The position numbers and the translations under genes were made by a program. A DNA stretch of 64,000 bases, taken from assembly GCA_041166405.1 (NCBI GenBank), contig JBEEFV010000013.1:21927-85926 (forward strand), given 5' to 3'. The stretch is from Actinomycetota bacterium. GTDB lineage: Bacteria > Actinomycetota > Acidimicrobiia > Acidimicrobiales > JACCXE01. Below, in pieces: positions 62,823-64,000 of the stretch (the first letter of the stretch is position 1; every line of letters begins with the position of its first letter). Under the pieces are notes generated by a model that worked only from the letters and a program-made list of their open reading frames with translations, was not told the origin of the DNA and ran no database searches.

Positions 62823-64000
62823 GTGATTCTCGTAGACGCCGCCGGTGTCACCATGAGCCGTCCGGGGCGGCCGTTGTTCCGCGATCTATCGGTGACGGTG
62901 GCGACGGGCGACCGCATCGGCGTCGTCGGATTGAACGGATGCGGCAAGTCAACGTTGTTGAACGTCCTGACGGGTGCCGCCGAGCCCGAGGCGGGCGCGG
63001 TCCGACGCGGCCGCGACGTCCGGATCGCCTACCTCGACCAGCGGCCGATCCTGCCCGAAGGGACTGTCCGCCAGGCGGTCGGGCGCGCCTGGGAAGGCGA
63101 AGCGGTGCTCGATCGGCTGGGAATGACCCCGCTGCTCGACGCTCCGGTGTCGCAGCTGTCGGGCGGTCAGGCAAAGCGCACGGCGCTGGCGCGCGTGCTC
63201 GTCGACGAGTCGGACTTGCTCGTGCTCGACGAACCGACGAACCATCTCGACGTTGCGGCGATCGCGTGGTTGGAGGAGCGGCTCGCTGCGTATCGGGGCG
63301 GCCTGCTGCTGGTCACACACGACCGCCACGTCCTCGACCGGGTCACGACGCGGATTCTCGAACTCGACCGCGGCGCCGGATTCGTGCACGACGGCGGGTA
63401 CGCCGGTTACCTCGAAGCCAAGCAGCTGCGCGAGGACCAGGCGGCGACGGCGGAGACGACGCGCCGCAACCTGGCGCGCAAGGAGCTGGCGTGGCTGCGC
63501 CGTGGCGCGCCGGCGCGCACGCGCAAGCCGCGGGCGCGTATCGCGGCGGCCACCGCCATCGTCGAGGGGCGCGCGCAGGCCGCGGCGCGCGCCGACGAAC
63601 TGAACATGCACATGGGCACGCCGCGCCTCGGTGACAAGGTGATCGAACTCGAAGCAGTCGGTCACCACTACGACGACGCGCCGCCGCTGTTCTCGGGGCT
63701 CGACTACATGGTCGACCCGCGCGAGCGCCTCGGGCTGGTCGGGCCGAACGGCGCCGGAAAGTCGACGCTGCTCGACATCATCGCGGGTCGCCGCACCCCC
63801 ACCGCCGGCAGCGTCGGGCGGGGCCCGACGGTGCGGCTCGGCTACTACGACCAGGTCGGGGTCGAACTCGATCCGGCGCAGCGCGTGCGTGACGCCGTCG
63901 CCGGTCCCACGCGCGCCGCCGACTGGACCGACGGCGCGCTGCTCGAGCGGTTCTGGTTCGACGGTGACGCGCAGTGGGCGCCCATCGGCACGCTGTCGGG
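62823..64000 (+). CDS. ABC-F family ATPase (Uup/EttA-like), 5' part; continues beyond the window end
   Basis: This ORF is absent from the track because it has no stop in the window. The frame opens at 62769. The translation reads VILVDAAGVTMSRPGRPLFRDLSVTVATGDRIGVVGLNGCGKSTLLNVL...LSGGQAKRTALARVL...LVLDEPTNHLD. A charged linker and a second P-loop (GLVGPNGAGKSTLL) follow. The start could be the GTG at 62823, the GTG at 62808 or the ATG at 62851. Confidence 0.85.
   Translation, partial: MILVDAAGVTMSRPGRPLFRDLSVTVATGDRIGVVGLNGCGKSTLLNVLTGAAEPEAGAVRRGRDVRIAYLDQRPILPEGTVRQAVGRAWEGEAVLDRLGMTPLLDAPVSQLSGGQAKRTALARVLVDESDLLVLDEPTNHLDVAAIAWLEERLAAYRGGLLLVTHDRHVLDRVTTRILELDRGAGFVHDGGYAGYLEAKQLREDQAATAETTRRNLARKELAWLRRGAPARTRKPRARIAAATAIVEGRAQAAARADELNMHMGTPRLGDKVIELEAVGHHYDDAPPLFSGLDYMVDPRERLGLVGPNGAGKSTLLDIIAGRRTPTAGSVGRGPTVRLGYYDQVGVELDPAQRVRDAVAGPTRAADWTDGALLERFWFDGDAQWAPIGTLS

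Noticed and set aside
62786-63634. A 282-aa plus-strand ORF (and 62949-63668 minus) at the right end of the window.
   Set aside because: These are off-frame or antisense relative to an ABC-F gene that has no stop in the window and is therefore missing from the track. The ABC-F frame shows two P-loops, the LSGGQ signature and Walker B.
1-64000. A search for CRISPR arrays, rRNA/tRNA genes, prophage or IS elements, and low-GC islands.
   Set aside because: I saw no regularly spaced repeats and no recognisable tRNA features. The largest non-coding gaps (about 2358-2560, 4336-4435, 42776-42870, 50898-51004 and 57277-57390) are 95-203 nt and do not look like tRNA. I saw no integrase, transposase or phage structural motifs in any frame I read. 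Composition appears uniformly GC-rich apart from short promoter and terminator spacers. This is a by-eye assessment; tRNAscan, Infernal and a GC-skew plot would be the proper checks.

Overview
The window is very GC-rich, with third codon positions almost all G/C; I did not compute an exact value. It is densely coding and looks like actinobacterial chromosome. The hallmarks are a mycothiol-type DinB/MDMPI protein, an F420/PPOX-family protein, a UdgX-type glycosylase, a GlnR-box-like site upstream of amtB, many SDR/BVMO/acyl-CoA genes, and frequent 1-4 nt start/stop overlaps. I call about 55 CDSs. I saw no rRNA, tRNA, CRISPR array, transposase or integrase. The intergenic gaps are mostly too short to hold RNA genes, but I could not run a covariance search. 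The main item is a 15.3 kb, 11-gene minus-strand unit (27444-42775) in which all 10 gene junctions overlap. It joins a Liv-type ABC importer to a MoxR AAA+ / DUF58 / transglutaminase-like triad, three small envelope proteins and an amidohydrolase. The importer consists of a substrate-binding protein, an embedded lipoprotein, a fused LivH-LivM permease, and a fusion of a full MFS domain with LivF-like and LivG-like ATPases. The transglutaminase-like core appears to lack its Cys-His-Asp triad. Other items: two paralogous secreted proteins with thrombospondin-type-3 repeats (one also with a Calx-beta domain) bracket an O-antigen-ligase/TPR protein. A 51-nt hairpin family with conserved CGAACTGG/CCAGTTCG ends occurs at three gene 3' ends. 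A degenerating tandem duplication covers the 3' end of an acyl-CoA dehydrogenase gene. An 18-bp hairpin buries the Shine-Dalgarno sequence of an amidase operon. There is also a UdgX-like protein with the KRRIH motif, a bacterial G1 (eqolisin) peptidase, a rearranged glnD/amtB-glnK locus, and two Baeyer-Villiger monooxygenase cassettes. All family assignments come from motifs read by eye, not from database searches.
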